From NCBI RefSeq assembly GCF_009914755.1, contig NC_060931.1: a stretch of DNA of 64,000 nucleotides; one strand, given 5' to 3'. Source of the stretch: the human T2T-CHM13v2.0 reference genome, Homo sapiens. This document shows positions 13,467-25,807 of the stretch, one piece after another. The position numbers were made by a program, and so were the translations under genes. The notes under the pieces were generated by a model. That model saw only the letters and a program-made list of their open reading frames with translations, searched no databases and was not told where the DNA came from. Within the stretch, counting starts at the first letter, position 1; every line of letters starts with the position of its first letter.

Positions 13467-16400
13467 CAGAAACCACTTTTAACTGAGAATGTGTATACTT
13501 AAAAAATGTAAGGCTAGCTAAATGTTTATAACTTGTTTTGTTTCTTGAAAGATTTTCAAAAGCATTGTTTTAAGTCATTATTTACATTCATTCAAACTGT
13601 AAACAGAGGTATAGAACCATAGACAAACTTAGAAATTTTAGACTTTATCAAAAATTGCTGCTTTTCTCATAGTTTTGTTTTCTTTCTCTAAATAATTATC
13701 TGCCGCACAAAAATAGATACGGAAGGTGGTTACTTGGTTATTCACGCTAAAAATCCATAACAGAATTTTTAATGAGAAACATATATTGAAATTATTAAAT
13801 ATCACAAATCCTGAGCTTTAACCGCAGCATAATTCTGAAGAAGGAAGGAACATTCCTGAGACAGTAGATTCAGCCACAACATCCTCAGCTTTTCTTACCT
13901 GGTGGCCTCTAGTTGAAGATTTTTTTCACAAAGGGATGGACACATAATATTGATGCTAACTGTGTTGCTAATGAAGAAATTGAGAGGCACAGCTTAGTTT
14001 TGATCATGAGCCCATTTTAATTTCTCATAAGAGAAAAAAATGAATGTAAGTAGCCATGAGTTTTGTAGAGGGCATCTAAGCTGATTGTGATATTGAGGCT
14101 TCCCTTTGCCTTTCCTGGATGTTGCCTCTAGGCCAGATATTACGATTTAAAATGACATAACATGACCTCATGAAAAATTTGAGGTCTAACTTCGTGAACT
14201 CCAATTACAAAGTTACATAGATTTCCACAGAATGAAAGCCAGATGTAAGTAATTTACATTTTAGTCATGTAAAAAAGGAAGAGATAAAAGGAGAAATGCC
14301 ATCTGGAAGATTAAAATCAACAGTAGCCATGTAACGGGCAGTTAGTGTCCACATAGGTCACCTGCCTCTTTAAAATGTTTGACACTTCCAGTGGCCAGCA
14401 GTTATTCTCTCTCTACCAATTGTTTACTTTATAAAACACAAGCTCTGAGAAAACAACAAGTCGTGTTGAGATGTGGGGACTATCTAGGATTCTGGAATCT
14501 TAAAAGACTTGTTTACCAGTGTCTAGAAAAGAGTTTGGGTGCAATTAATTTTGTTTTATGTGGTATTTTTCTTAGTAAAAAACAACTTTTATTGGCTTAC
14601 CTCAAGACACTTAATGTTTTACCCTACCTTTAAAGCAATTTAGATCTTAGGATGCTGAAGAAATAAAGTATTGATTTGCTTCTGTGACACAAGTGACTAG
14701 TCATGGCAGGTTCCTTATATGTAGAATGAGTGGTTTGTATTAATTGCTTATTAAACTCTATTCCAATTCTGAAATTCACACATGCTATGAAGACATTGTA
14801 CACATATGGAAAGAGGTATTATTCATGTTGCTTCTTCCATCATTATCACATGACAGACTCGCCTGTGTCTTTGAAATTGCAACAGGGAGAGACTGGTACA
14901 TTCAGCAGGCCAAAGCATTGACTGGTATAATTAAGTGGAAAGCAAATGTGAAAAGCTCATCTTTGGTTAGTATGAGTTAGCAGCTTTCTCCTGCACTCTT
15001 ATTTTCTTCAAATGAAATAGAATTTCTTTGTGGATATTTTTTATATTGCTTCAACATTTAAAGACTCTGTACTATTTCCTTTTATTTCCTGAAGTGAGAA
15101 AAGAATTTAATCCAGGAATGAGATTGTGAGTGAAAATGTTTCTCAGTACCCTGATATATTCTCTCTTATGCAGTTTTGATCATCTCCAAAGAAAGTGTTC
15201 AAGAACACAGTAGGATGCACATCGAAGGGCATGGACAGGAACAGCTCATCTAACCCAGTGAGGACTGTCTTCCAATTCTTTAGATGGCTATTTTAAAAGT
15301 TATTTCTAAAGGAAATATCTAATTTTGTATCTTCCAGTTACTTATGAAAAACTTTTAAAGTTTACATTGGCTCTTAAGCCTCAACTTATGACAAATTTTG
15401 AAAGTGTGATATGGAAAGCCATTCTATCATGAGCCTATGGGAGTGAAATACAGTGATCTCCCTCAACTTCAAGATGGAAAAATGTCTCCAAATCCTTAGG
15501 AGAAAAGGACAGAACCACAAAATATAAAGACCCTCCCCCTTGCCAGTTCAGCTCTTAGGTGGATCAATTGCTCTCAAAGTTTATGTAGAAGCCTACAGAC
15601 ATTACAAAGAAATAGTGTTTGAAAGAGTAAGTTAAATAAGTTTGAATATGTAAAAAAATGAACAAATATAATCTAAATAAGATGCCAAAGGAACACAATG
15701 GAATGATCTCCAACAGATTTTATTACGCCCGAGGAAAGAGCATGTTCAGATAAACATTCCTATTTTAGGTTTTGGGGGAAATGTCTGAATTTTTAAGAAG
15801 CAAAATAATGACCAAAAGCTCATTAAGAGGGCAACAAGGCAATCAAAAAGTGAGATGGTAGAATTTGATTTTTGGAGCACTATCAATAGGTATTTTTTAA
15901 GAAGAGATTTGCAGTTATTTTTATAGGATAAGGCATCAGCAATCATTTTGGCAAAGGAGAAATGGGCAGGAAATATTTCTCTTATATCTGGATGCAGACA
16001 AATTGTCTTTCTTGATAATTTACTTCCAATCTTGTAGGAGAGTACAGTGCTTTACAAGAACTTGTATAAAGAATTGGACCTAGTCTCAGAACTGTGATCA
16101 TGTGATATACTGAATATATTTATTTCTTAATTAAATTTTCTCATTTCAAACTGTTAACACAGAGACAGTTTGTCATTAACAAGGCAAATGACCTATAGAA
16201 GATAATGCATACATGTTTATTAGCACTATTTACAGTCCTTGAGATGATATAACACATATTTAAGAAAAAACTTTGGTCTACATTGGTAAAACTAAAATAC
16301 CCATCAGGCACTTTTCATAAGGAGAACAAAAGACTTTTCCAATTTCATCTTTCTCCTTTTTTTTTTCCTTCCCTCCTTTCTTCTTTGTTTCCTTCATAGC

Positions 16401-17849
16401 TTAAACGCTTATAACTTTATTTTAAAGTAATTCAATGGCTTATTTGTACTATAAAAGCTTTCTCACACTTTATTTTTCACACTCTTAAGCTTATTTTTAT
16501 TGTACTTTTATTGTTACAGTGATCAAGTACTTCTTTTAAATAGTTGAAATGCTTTGCTAAATTAATTTAGAACTCCTCTTACTTAAAATAAATGCCCTTT
16601 ATATTGAGAACTGTTTTAACAGCAGATAACCTTGAAGTCAGGTCATTTCCATGACATATTATACCCATGTTTATGCTAAAGGTTGAAATAAAGCCAAAAT
16701 CATGTTAGCACATTGAAAACATCCTGTTAGGCTTAACATTTAAAGCATATGCAAGGTTTTGTTGTTTACTTTCCACGTAATGCTTAGTATGGTTCAGGTG
16801 TATTAACTTGGATTATGTTTCTATGTTCTGAACTCATTGTCCATGAATGTTTGAACATAAAGTGATTTCCTTTCTTAGAACGATAAACTTCAAAATCCTT
16901 TGCTAAATACAAGGAGGATACAGAGTCTGGTTGGCCTAAACATGAACAGATATAAAATATCTCCCATGATTGTCTCCAAATCCCATATTCTGCCCCTACT
17001 CACAGTAAAAAATAAATATACTTTCAGAAAATAAATAATATTGTGATGACGTTATTGTGTCTTTAGTTTTCTGAGCTTTAAGTTATTGCTGCATTCAGCA
17101 ATAGAAGATAAGTGATTTAAAATGCAACCGCTATGTTAAGGTTAATTTTTTTTCTGGCTAGTAAAGGCATTAGCCAACTACAAATTCTTTATCTGTAAAA
17201 TGAAAATACATACCCTACATTGGCTTCCTGATAGCATTATTAAGACTAATTCATATTTCAAACTAATACTGAAAATTTGTGGCATAGTTGCATAGAAATA
17301 ATAATGGGAATAAAAAATGTGTGCTCTTCTTAGATGGCAAATGCTATTAATTTTGTTAAAAAAAATTTAAATCCACTAATAGTTGGATTGCATAAGGTCA
17401 GATAGAGTCTTTAACATAATATACATTGTTGTTTCAGTTCTTAATTAAAAATAGAATGTACATCTCAAATCTTCACCAAGGCAGATAAGTAGATTTGTTC
17501 CACATTCTGAAACTTATTGTGATTTTTTGTGTCTAAAATAAGATTCCTTATTCACTTAGTCCCAGGGAACATTACATAAGTATTGTGCTATGCAAAAGAA
17601 AAGCAAATAAACAAAACAAAATCACGTAATGAAGACCTTAACGGTATTTAAAACCCCTCCCCCCTCCAAAATACATGGAAGATGAAGGAAAAGAAGGCAG
17701 GAGGTATGTAATTTTTTAAAAAGTAAACATAGTATGGTGGGCTTTTCTTTCCAGAAAATTCCCTCAATGCGTGACTTTTTGTACTTTTTCTCTTCTCCGT
17801 CTGCCAGCTGGAGCGATATGGCTCCTGCATGAGCTGCTTGTACTGAAAG

Positions 17850-18703
17850 CTGTTCAGCAAGAAATTCGTGTGAAATCGTAGCATGTGATGCTCCTGGTTG
17901 GAGCAGTTAATAACTGGGTAAGCGGCATTTCCCTAAATGGCTGTTTTCCTCGGCCCACCCGTCTCTCCCCCATCCCATTGCTCCCCGGTCCTCAGCAATG
18001 CCCCAACTCCCTCCCGGAACCTTTTGCTCCGAGCCCCCCGCCAGCGCCGCAATCCCGTCACTGTATTGTCCTCCTCGGCACCGAGCGATCTGATCCGCCT
18101 AGCCAGAAAGACACCCGATGGGGGAGAGAAGCAAAGTGGAAAAAAACCGACGTCCCTGCTCTCCAGAAGGGAGACCCCAGCGGCGCCGACGAGCCCTGCG
18201 CCCTCCGCGGCCGCCCGGCGCGAGCTCCCGGGCGGGGCGCTGTCCAGCGCGCACAGAGTTAAAGGCATCATCGCAGCCATTAGAGGGAAAAGTTGCGGCG
18301 CCGCGAGCCCGGCGAAGTCCTCAGCCCGCCCCGCTTGCCCACTCCCCACTTCCCGAGCCGGCTCCGTGTTTAGGGAGGGCAGTGATCACGCAAGCCGGAG
18401 CGGCGGGCTGACGTTGGACGAGCTGCCAGGTAGCTGAAAGCAGGCAGCCAGGCAGCCGAGACACTTCCCAGCGATTCCAGCCTGGGCTCCGCAGGAAGCC
18501 TCGCTGAATCCCAGCCAGCTGGTTCTAACCTTCCAGAATCGCAATCCCTTCTCCCCACAGCCAGCCCTCGCCGAGCAAGCAGCAGGATGTTTGCAGTGTC
18601 GCGCCCAGGGCTCTGAGACTGAGCCTGCCATCCACTCGCACGCCTTTCTTTCAGGGCTTTTCGGCTGTTGGCTACACTGATGTGACCCCCCTCCCTTTTT
18701 GGA
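17850..18703 (+). promoter_or_regulatory. CpG-island promoter and 5' UTR of VSTM2A
   Basis: Sharp rise in GC and CpG content against AT-rich flanks; GC boxes (GGGCGGGG near 18230); lies directly upstream of the ATG. The exact TSS cannot be read from the sequence. Confidence 0.85.
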
Positions 18704-18782
18704 ATGATGGGGATCTTTTTGGTGTATGTTGGATTTGTTTTCTTTTCCGTTTTATATGTACAACAAGGGCTTTCTTCTCAAG
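18704..18782 (+). CDS. VSTM2A: VSTM2A coding exon 1 (signal peptide, [26 protein letters not shown] + 1 nt)
   Basis: ATGATG at 18704; hydrophobic leader; consensus donor AAG|GTAAGT at 18782/18783; phase 1 joins exon 2 in frame; the peptide matches the VSTM2A N-terminus as I recall it. Confidence 0.96.
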
Positions 18783-19344
18783 GTAAGTCTTGCTCAATGG
18801 CAAATATACATTTGCTTGCGTGTGTGTGTGTTTCCTACACTCAAAAAGAATGGACAGGCAGATAGAATAAGCTTCCTAGCAAGTAACAGTGGGCTTAGGC
18901 TGTATAAATAGTGTTCTGTTTGACGATTTTTTTAAAAGTTTATTAAACTGTAGACTAGCTAGGCTGGAGAGAAAATCTAGCTGGTGCCTGACAATGAGGT
19001 GGGCTCCTCGGTGAGCACAAACACAGGGTCGTGTGGTGTGTGTGTGTGGGTGTGTGTGTGCTTTCTATCTGTGTGCATGCACAGGGTAGCCACTCATGCA
19101 TACATAATCATCGCAAACAAACACAGGGCTGGATACTGGGACTCTCCATTGCCAGTCCCTCTTCCTTGTGTAGTCAGACTGGGCTTAGAGTTTCCCTTTT
19201 GTAGGTCCGTGTGACTCCTTTTGTATGTGTGTTTATCAAAGGACAGACTCCTCTGAGGACCCATAAAAAGCCACAACTTGCATGACAAGCAGCAGCAGCC
19301 TGCTGAACCCGATTGTTTAGGACTTCGTAGGCTGCAGTGGTCGT

Positions 19345-19365
19345 TTCAGCACCATGAACAGATCA
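19345..19365 (+). promoter_or_regulatory. Candidate RE1/NRSE (REST-binding) site in intron 1
   Basis: TTCAGCACCATGAACAGATCA versus consensus TTCAGCACCACGGACAGCGCC: 16/21 match, perfect left half, canonical spacing. Confidence 0.55.
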
Positions 19366-20594
19366 CATCTCTGGTGCCAAAAGACTGCATCACTTCTGCA
19401 AGCAGAAATGCCATACTCCTTCTGCCAGCTAGAATAGAAAAGCCCTTTTCCGATCAGAATGTCTCCTTAATAGCTTCCCTGTTTTAGGTACAAATATAGT
19501 TTCATTTCACTAGAGATCATTTTTGGGATTTCATAAAATGTTGAAAAGAGACAGTGTCTCTCTTTAAACCGGGGGTGAGGTGAGGGGTGGGGGGAGGAGT
19601 GCATCCACCCCAAATCATTTCTGCATTTCCCATGGCCCTCTTCTCCATAAGTGTGCATTGTGGTTGTGCATTTCCACTGGCCATACAAATCTTCCCAGGA
19701 CTGCTTTTAGGGAACCATCAGCTCTTTGCAAAGTGCCCCTTAGATAAGATAAGAACAACCACGTTGGTAACAAGATAAGAGCATTGCATGTTCAAGAAAT
19801 GCCTTTAGGAGGAAGGAAACATTATATTTTTGTGAGTTTCACCAGGGTTGCATGAATCTTGCAAACTAGCAGTGTCAAGGTTGGTAATGAAAAGGCTGAG
19901 AAACATCTCCATAGTGACTTCTAAATAATATTTAATCTGAACTAAGCCTGGATGTGTGATCATTACATCTTAAGATGTATGGCAATTCAAAATACAGTGA
20001 CTTGATGGGAACAAATAAAGGTTAATTTGGAGAGAAGGAAACATATACAGTTTATAAAGTGTGCAACTTGTTTCACTGCTGCAGGCGTGTTTCACTGGTG
20101 TTGCTAATAACCGTTTTGATGTATCAGGAATGTGCATTTTGACAGATAATCATGATCTACTCTGTTACATGAAACATCCAGTTAGTGGTAGATTGTTTAG
20201 AAACTTAGAGGCAAGAGACTCTCCTCATTTATCAACTTGACAGATTGCCTAAATTGTATCTCACTGACTCTCTCAGTAAATGTTGTGGAATACTGCAATC
20301 TGACAAAAGGTATTTGGATCTACCTGCGGGGATCTTGGCTAAGAGTTATTGGCAAGCTTGTTAACCTTTCCATTATCTGGATTTGATCAACAACATAGTG
20401 ATTTAGGTATGATACCAAAAGTTAGACAGGAAAGAGGCAAAGGAAGGGGGCTGGGGGAACCAGACGAAGCCGAGGATGTAAGAGAGGGGTTTTGTTGCTA
20501 TTTAAGTCCAGGAAAAATGTAGCGAGCTCTCAAGGAAAGAGACTCAGGCAAGAGGGGTGTGGATATTCCAACAGGATGCCTTTCTGTTTTGCAG

Positions 20595-20761
20595 CAAAAT
20601 TTACCGAGTTTCCGCGGAACGTGACGGCGACCGAGGGGCAGAATGTGGAGATGTCCTGCGCCTTCCAGAGCGGCTCCGCCTCGGTGTATCTGGAGATCCA
20701 ATGGTGGTTCCTGCGGGGGCCGGAGGACCTGGATCCCGGGGCCGAGGGGGCCGGCGCGCAG
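20595..20761 (+). CDS. VSTM2A: VSTM2A coding exon 2 (N-terminal half of the V-set Ig domain, [11 protein letters not shown]...MSC...IQWWF...GAGAQ)
   Basis: Acceptor ttctgttttgcag|; contains Ig Cys48, the Trp63/64 pair and sequon N35-V-T; donor CAG|GTAGCG; 79+167 nt = 82 codons. Confidence 0.96.
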
Positions 20762-21254
20762 GTAGCGGAGCCCGCCGACCCCGCGTCTCCCCTTCGCTCG
20801 CCCGGTCCTCAGGGTGTCCGGCCCGGGGCTGGGGGCCGAGGTGCTGCCTGGACACCCCTGGGGACCTGCCCGGTTCTGTGGAAGCGAGTGACCCCCAGGG
20901 CTTCTAGGGAGGGAAAGGGAATTTGTCCTGGGGACGCGAAGTTAAAACCCAGAAGGAAGTCCTGCTGCCCAGTTTCTTCCTGTTAAACCGGGAAGCGCCT
21001 CCTCCTGTAAGTTCTGGTACTTAGGCAGATGCCCGCCTTGCCCCTACCACGCTGCCACATCCCGGGACATCCGGGAGCCCCTTTCCAGGACGAAAGGAGG
21101 GGGAGGGGAATCGGTGGGCGGCCTCCACCCCCCGCCCCACCCCCTCTCCCTTCTCGGGGCACCAGGCACCATCTGGGACCGCAGCCCCCAGGCTGAACAA
21201 CCAGAGAACCAGGGCGGCCAGCTCCTCTCACCTCCACTTCTAACAGATATGTGG

Positions 21255-22331
21255 GGTGTCGGGGAGAGAGGGAGAGAGAAGGAAAGGGGGGAAATGGAGG
21301 AGGGAGAGAAGGAGAGAAGAAAGGGGGAGACCGGGAGAGGCACAGAGAAGGAGAAAGAGACGGAGAGAGGGAAGGGGGAAAAAGGGGAGAGACGGAAGGG
21401 AAAGAGAAGGGAGGGAGAAAGAAGGTAGAAGAGAAGGAGAGAGGGAAGGGGAAAAGAGGGAGAGAGGGAGTGAGGAGAGGGACAGAGAGAAGGGAAGGAG
21501 GGAAGGGAGAATTGGAGTGGGGAGGGGAGAAGAAGAGGGGGAGAGGGAGAAAGAAGGGGGAGAGAGGGAGAGAGGGACGGGGAGGGGGAAGGGGCTGGGA
21601 AAGAGGGAAGGGGGAGACGGGAAGAGACAGTGAAGGGGAAAGAGAGAGGGAAGGGGGAAAAAGGGAGAGAGGGAAGGGAAAGAGAGAGGGGGAAGGGGAA
21701 AAAGGGAGAGAGGGAAGGGAAAGAGAGGGCAGGGAGAGAGAAAGGAGAAGAGAGGGAGAGAGGGTAGGGGAAAAGGAGGGAGGGGGCGAGAGGGACAGAG
21801 AGAAGGGGAGGGGGAAGGAAGAGAGGGAGAATTGGAGTGGGAAGCAGAGAAGGAGAAGGGTAGAGGGAGAAAGAATGGGGAGAGAGGGAGAGAGGTAAGA
21901 GGGGGGAAGGGGGTGGGAGAGCAGAGAGAATGAGAGGGGGAAGGGGTGGGAGAGGAGAGAGAATGAGGGGGGAAGGGGGGAGGAAGAGAAGGAGCAGGAG
22001 AGACATGGGGGAGAGAGGGCACAGAAGGGAGAGAGGGAAGGAGAGGAAAAGGAGAGACGGAGGGAGAGGGAAGGGAGAGGGAGGGAAAGGAAGAGAGGGA
22101 GAGAGGAGTAGAGAAGAGGCAGGGAGAGGAGAGAAGGAGAGTGGAGAAGGGAAGGAAAAGGAGAGAAGAGAGGAAGCGAGGAGAGAAGGAAGTAGGGGAA
22201 TGGGGAGTGTGGAGGGGACGGAGGGTGACTTGGGAAGAGACAGGAGAGAGGGTGGTGAGGTGGGGAAGGAGAGGGAGAAAGGAGGAGATGAGGAAAAGGA
22301 AAATAGCGGGAGGAGGGGAGAGGGGAAGGGG
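21255..22331 (+). repeat. ~1.1-kb GA-rich polypurine low-complexity tract in intron 2
   Basis: Almost entirely G/A on the + strand, with recurring degenerate units. Confidence 0.95.
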
Positions 22332-22654
22332 GTCCGGGCGAGGGAGACCTAGTTGAGCGAGAGGCGGCGCCCCTGCGAGCCAGCAAGAGAATCTGGGGCC
22401 AGGAGCGCGGGGCGGGACGGCAGGCGGGATGGTGGCCGGAACAAAGGCGCGAAAATTCGTCCCGGAGCACTTCACCTTCACTCACGCCGGCCGCCCCACC
22501 CCTGGCGCCCGCCCGCCTCACCCCTGGCGCCCCCCCCGCCTGCCCCCCCGCCCGCCCGCCCACCCACCTCCGGGCGCGCGTCCGCACGGGTCAACCCGCG
22601 AAAAAGACCCGGCGGCTCCCGGCCCCGCCTCCAGAGCGCAGCATCCGCGCGGCA

Positions 22655-22755
22655 GGGACAGCGCCGGGACAGCCCCGGGACAGCCCCGGGGAAAGCGCGG
22701 GGACGGCGTGGGGTATGCCAGGGACAGCGTGGGGTATGCCAGGGACAGCGTGGGG
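22655..22755 (+). repeat. Compound GC-rich minisatellite (11-bp GGGACAGCSCC x3; 21-bp GGGACRGCGTGGGGTATGCCA x2.7)
   Basis: 11-bp units start at 22655, 22666 and 22677; 21-bp units start at 22700, 22721 and 22742. Confidence 0.9.
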
Positions 22756-22919
22756 GCGGTGCGGTCTGGGCCTGGACAGGGGTGGCCACGCCCCTGGTCG
22801 CTCCCCTGTCCCCAGGTCACCCTGACGGCCCTGCCCGGAGCCGCGAAGGCTATGCTCGCGTGGGGGCGGGTGGTCGGGCGGGCCTGGCGCGGGACTGAGC
22901 GTTCGCTCCTTGCCCGCAG

Positions 22920-22970
22920 GTGGAGCTCTTGCCCGACAGAGACCCGGACAGCGACGGGACCAAGATCAGC
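22920..22970 (+). CDS. VSTM2A: VSTM2A coding exon 3 (51 nt, VELLPDRDPDSDGTKIS)
   Basis: Acceptor ccttgcccgcag|, donor AGC|GTGAGT; phase 0-0; links exons 2 and 4 in frame. Confidence 0.94.
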
Positions 22971-24359
22971 GTGAGTGCGGGGGCGCGCCAAGGGCCGCGG
23001 GCCCAGGCTCGGGACGCACAGCCCTTCCCTGTCCCCGAGAAGGCGGCTTGCCAGCGCTGCAGGACAGCCGGACAGCCGGGTGCCCCTTGCTTGCCTCATT
23101 AGATACATACAAATGGAAGCACATTTAGAGTCCCTAAATAAAATTACATATTTTAGTCACGTAAATGTCTAAACATTCTAGAGAATCGTTTGCTATCCAG
23201 AGAGGTTGTGTGACACTTTCTTTCCTTGCTTTTTGTAACTTACCTAACAGTAAGAGTAAATACATTGCTAATATCTATTCAAAATTATGGAAACAATTAT
23301 ATTTTAGTAGAAAGTAAAACAGTAACATAGGAAAATATTTTTAGGGAGAAAAATATAAAGCATCCAACAGGATACTGAAATTGTGATGAAATTAAGCAAC
23401 TAAATTTTGAATGTCACTTTAATGCATGGAATGTATTTCCAGTGCTGTTATTAAGAATATATAAATATAATGCCAAAAGCCAATATAAATGTAAAACCAT
23501 TATTATAGGAGCTTGACCTATTGAAAATGTAAACTTATAGTTCCACTCTCTTGCTTATTACTTTTAATAAGTGTGTGTAAAATTTAAAAAGTGAAAGTCT
23601 TATTTTTTTACTATACCTCAAATGAGCCGCATAGCATCAGTTAATATTAATAATACTGCTTCATTTTTTAAATAGAAACGAAATAGGTATGTAATACAAA
23701 AGGAGGAAATCTGTTAAGCATAAACATATTGTTATTATTTGTTTTTAGAAATCTAAAATCCCAATGACTTACATTTTAAAAGAAAATGTATTTTAAGGCT
23801 CTTACAATAGCGTAAAGTGGTAGAAGATTGGAGTTACATCATAACTAAAAATGTACAAATATATTGTACACAGAATCTAGTTCTGTGATCTAAATGTGTA
23901 ATCTCAACATGGAAGAAAAAATGACAAAGATGAAATATCAACCATAAACTCTGATTTAAAACTCATAAAATTACTGACTTTTTAGAATACTTCAATTATT
24001 CTTATATCACAGAAACTGTTGTTTTCCTACAATATTAGAAAAGCTTTATTGGTAAAATCTAGTTTTTTCTTAATTATTTTATTTTTCACATACATATATA
24101 ACTAGATAGATTGCTTGGTGACTATTCTTCCTTCACCCTTCACCCGTCCCCCTATCATCTAAAGGCCAGTAACAAAAATAGTCTTCATACATCCTGACCC
24201 CTGATGCATACATTGAGAAACATGATTACACACACAACTGTTGATAGTATTACCTATGCCAATAATGCATAAAAGTTAATGAGTAGAAGAGAGTTTTAGA
24301 CACAAACTGAGGCAGAAAGTAGTTTGTTCCCTGTTTACCCACTGTGTGACCTTGAACAT

Positions 24360-24540
24360 ATTTTCTCAACCACTAGTTATTAACTTTGAATTCCCAGGAG
24401 AGTTGTTATAAAATACTGATGATATAAGCTCCACCTTCCAGAGATGCAGACTTAATATTTCTGCATTACTCCACATGCCAGTATTTTTAATAGCACCCCA
24501 GGTGATTCTAATGTACACTCAGTGTTGAAAATCACTGACC
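24360..24540. mobile_element. MER5-like hAT DNA transposon remnant within a MIR-like sequence
   Basis: ttctcaac...ccccaggtgattctaat...gttgaaaatcactg motifs. Confidence 0.6.
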
Positions 24541-25807
24541 CAAACACCCCAAGCCTCAGTTTACTCAACTATAAAATGGGATAATAATATAAATACTCTA
24601 GCTACCTCAAACTTTGTTAGGAGATTTAACCCAGAATAAATGTGGAAGTATTCATTTCATTTTTATAGTATTAGTATATTTATATGTAATTTTATATACA
24701 CATAAACCCATAGGGTTCAAATGTTGGAAATTATTTGTATATATACCTCTATATGTAAAAGCAGATGAGTGCTTCTCAGGTTTTCCTAGTAATTTATGGC
24801 CGTTTGAAAGTGTAGTGGCCATTAGCAGAAAAAATAACTTTCGGCCTCCTTCATTTCTTTTCTGTATCTTTCAAAATGAACCAAATTCTTGAATCCCAAA
24901 TGTCTTATGAACCCTATCATTGTCTCAGTTATGAAGAACATATGATTATGTATTAAACCTAACTGTTCTGATAAAGATGCTTATATATATAATATAGGAT
25001 ATATAATATAAAATCATATATCTAATATATATATCAGATATATGATCTTGCTATTAATCTGGAATAAAACTTATTAGAAGAAATAAATAAGCCAATTTCA
25101 ATTTTGAAAATCAAGCCAGTGTTTTATCGATGGCATCCCAAGTCCCTGTAGTATAAAGTCCCTATAATGGCATGGGATACATACTTTGAGCAACAAGACT
25201 TCAGGTGATATGAAGCTGTACCCCAAGCCATGCCACCCTATGACTAGAGGCAAGACTGCATCTAAAATTTAAGAAGAAAAATATTAATATCCAAGTTCAT
25301 TAATAGCACCTTTAGTAGTCATCCCAGTGTGGGGATACAAGTGCATTCTCACTCAAACTCATGACCAACAAAATATTTTTGTGATGTCTCAGAGTTGAGG
25401 GGCTTAGTTTATAGCCCACAGGGAAGAAAAGAGGTTGTTTCACCTATAGAGTTGGCCTTATTGGTTTGTGCTTCATTGAACTGAGTTAAGCAGGCAGAGG
25501 CCAATCCCATGATGGAAAAATGACGGAGCTGCTACTGGCATGTAGACAATGGGGGGCACGTGGCTGACAGAATCTGGCACTGGCTGCATTGAACTAATTA
25601 TCTCCTGAGTCTGCAAGTGCAGTGGTTGGTGGAATAGGACAGCCAAGGCCTTCAGATGTGACGTTAAGGAAATAAAAAGCTCCTTCACTATGGCTATGGG
25701 GCCATTAAGACCCTTTAACTTTCCAATATTAGCAAGCTCAGGGTAAAAAATGGAACAAAATCATTTGATGTAGCACTTTATTGTTTTTTTTACCTGCAAT
25801 TTTTCAG

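Larger units (their letters stand above)
20600..23085. promoter_or_regulatory. Intragenic CpG island(s) around exons 2 and 3, split by a purine tract
   Basis: CpG-dense at about 20600-21230 and 22330-23085. Confidence 0.8.

Noticed and set aside
17885-18631. Several overlapping 60-166-aa ORFs on both strands
   Set aside because: Expected in a stop-poor CpG island; no recognisable protein features.
20983-22587. Long ORFs (534, 413, 320 and 215 aa) over intron 2
   Set aside because: Artefacts of the GA/CT low-complexity tract, which lacks stop codons; the products are P/S/L/F or G/E/R runs with no domain.
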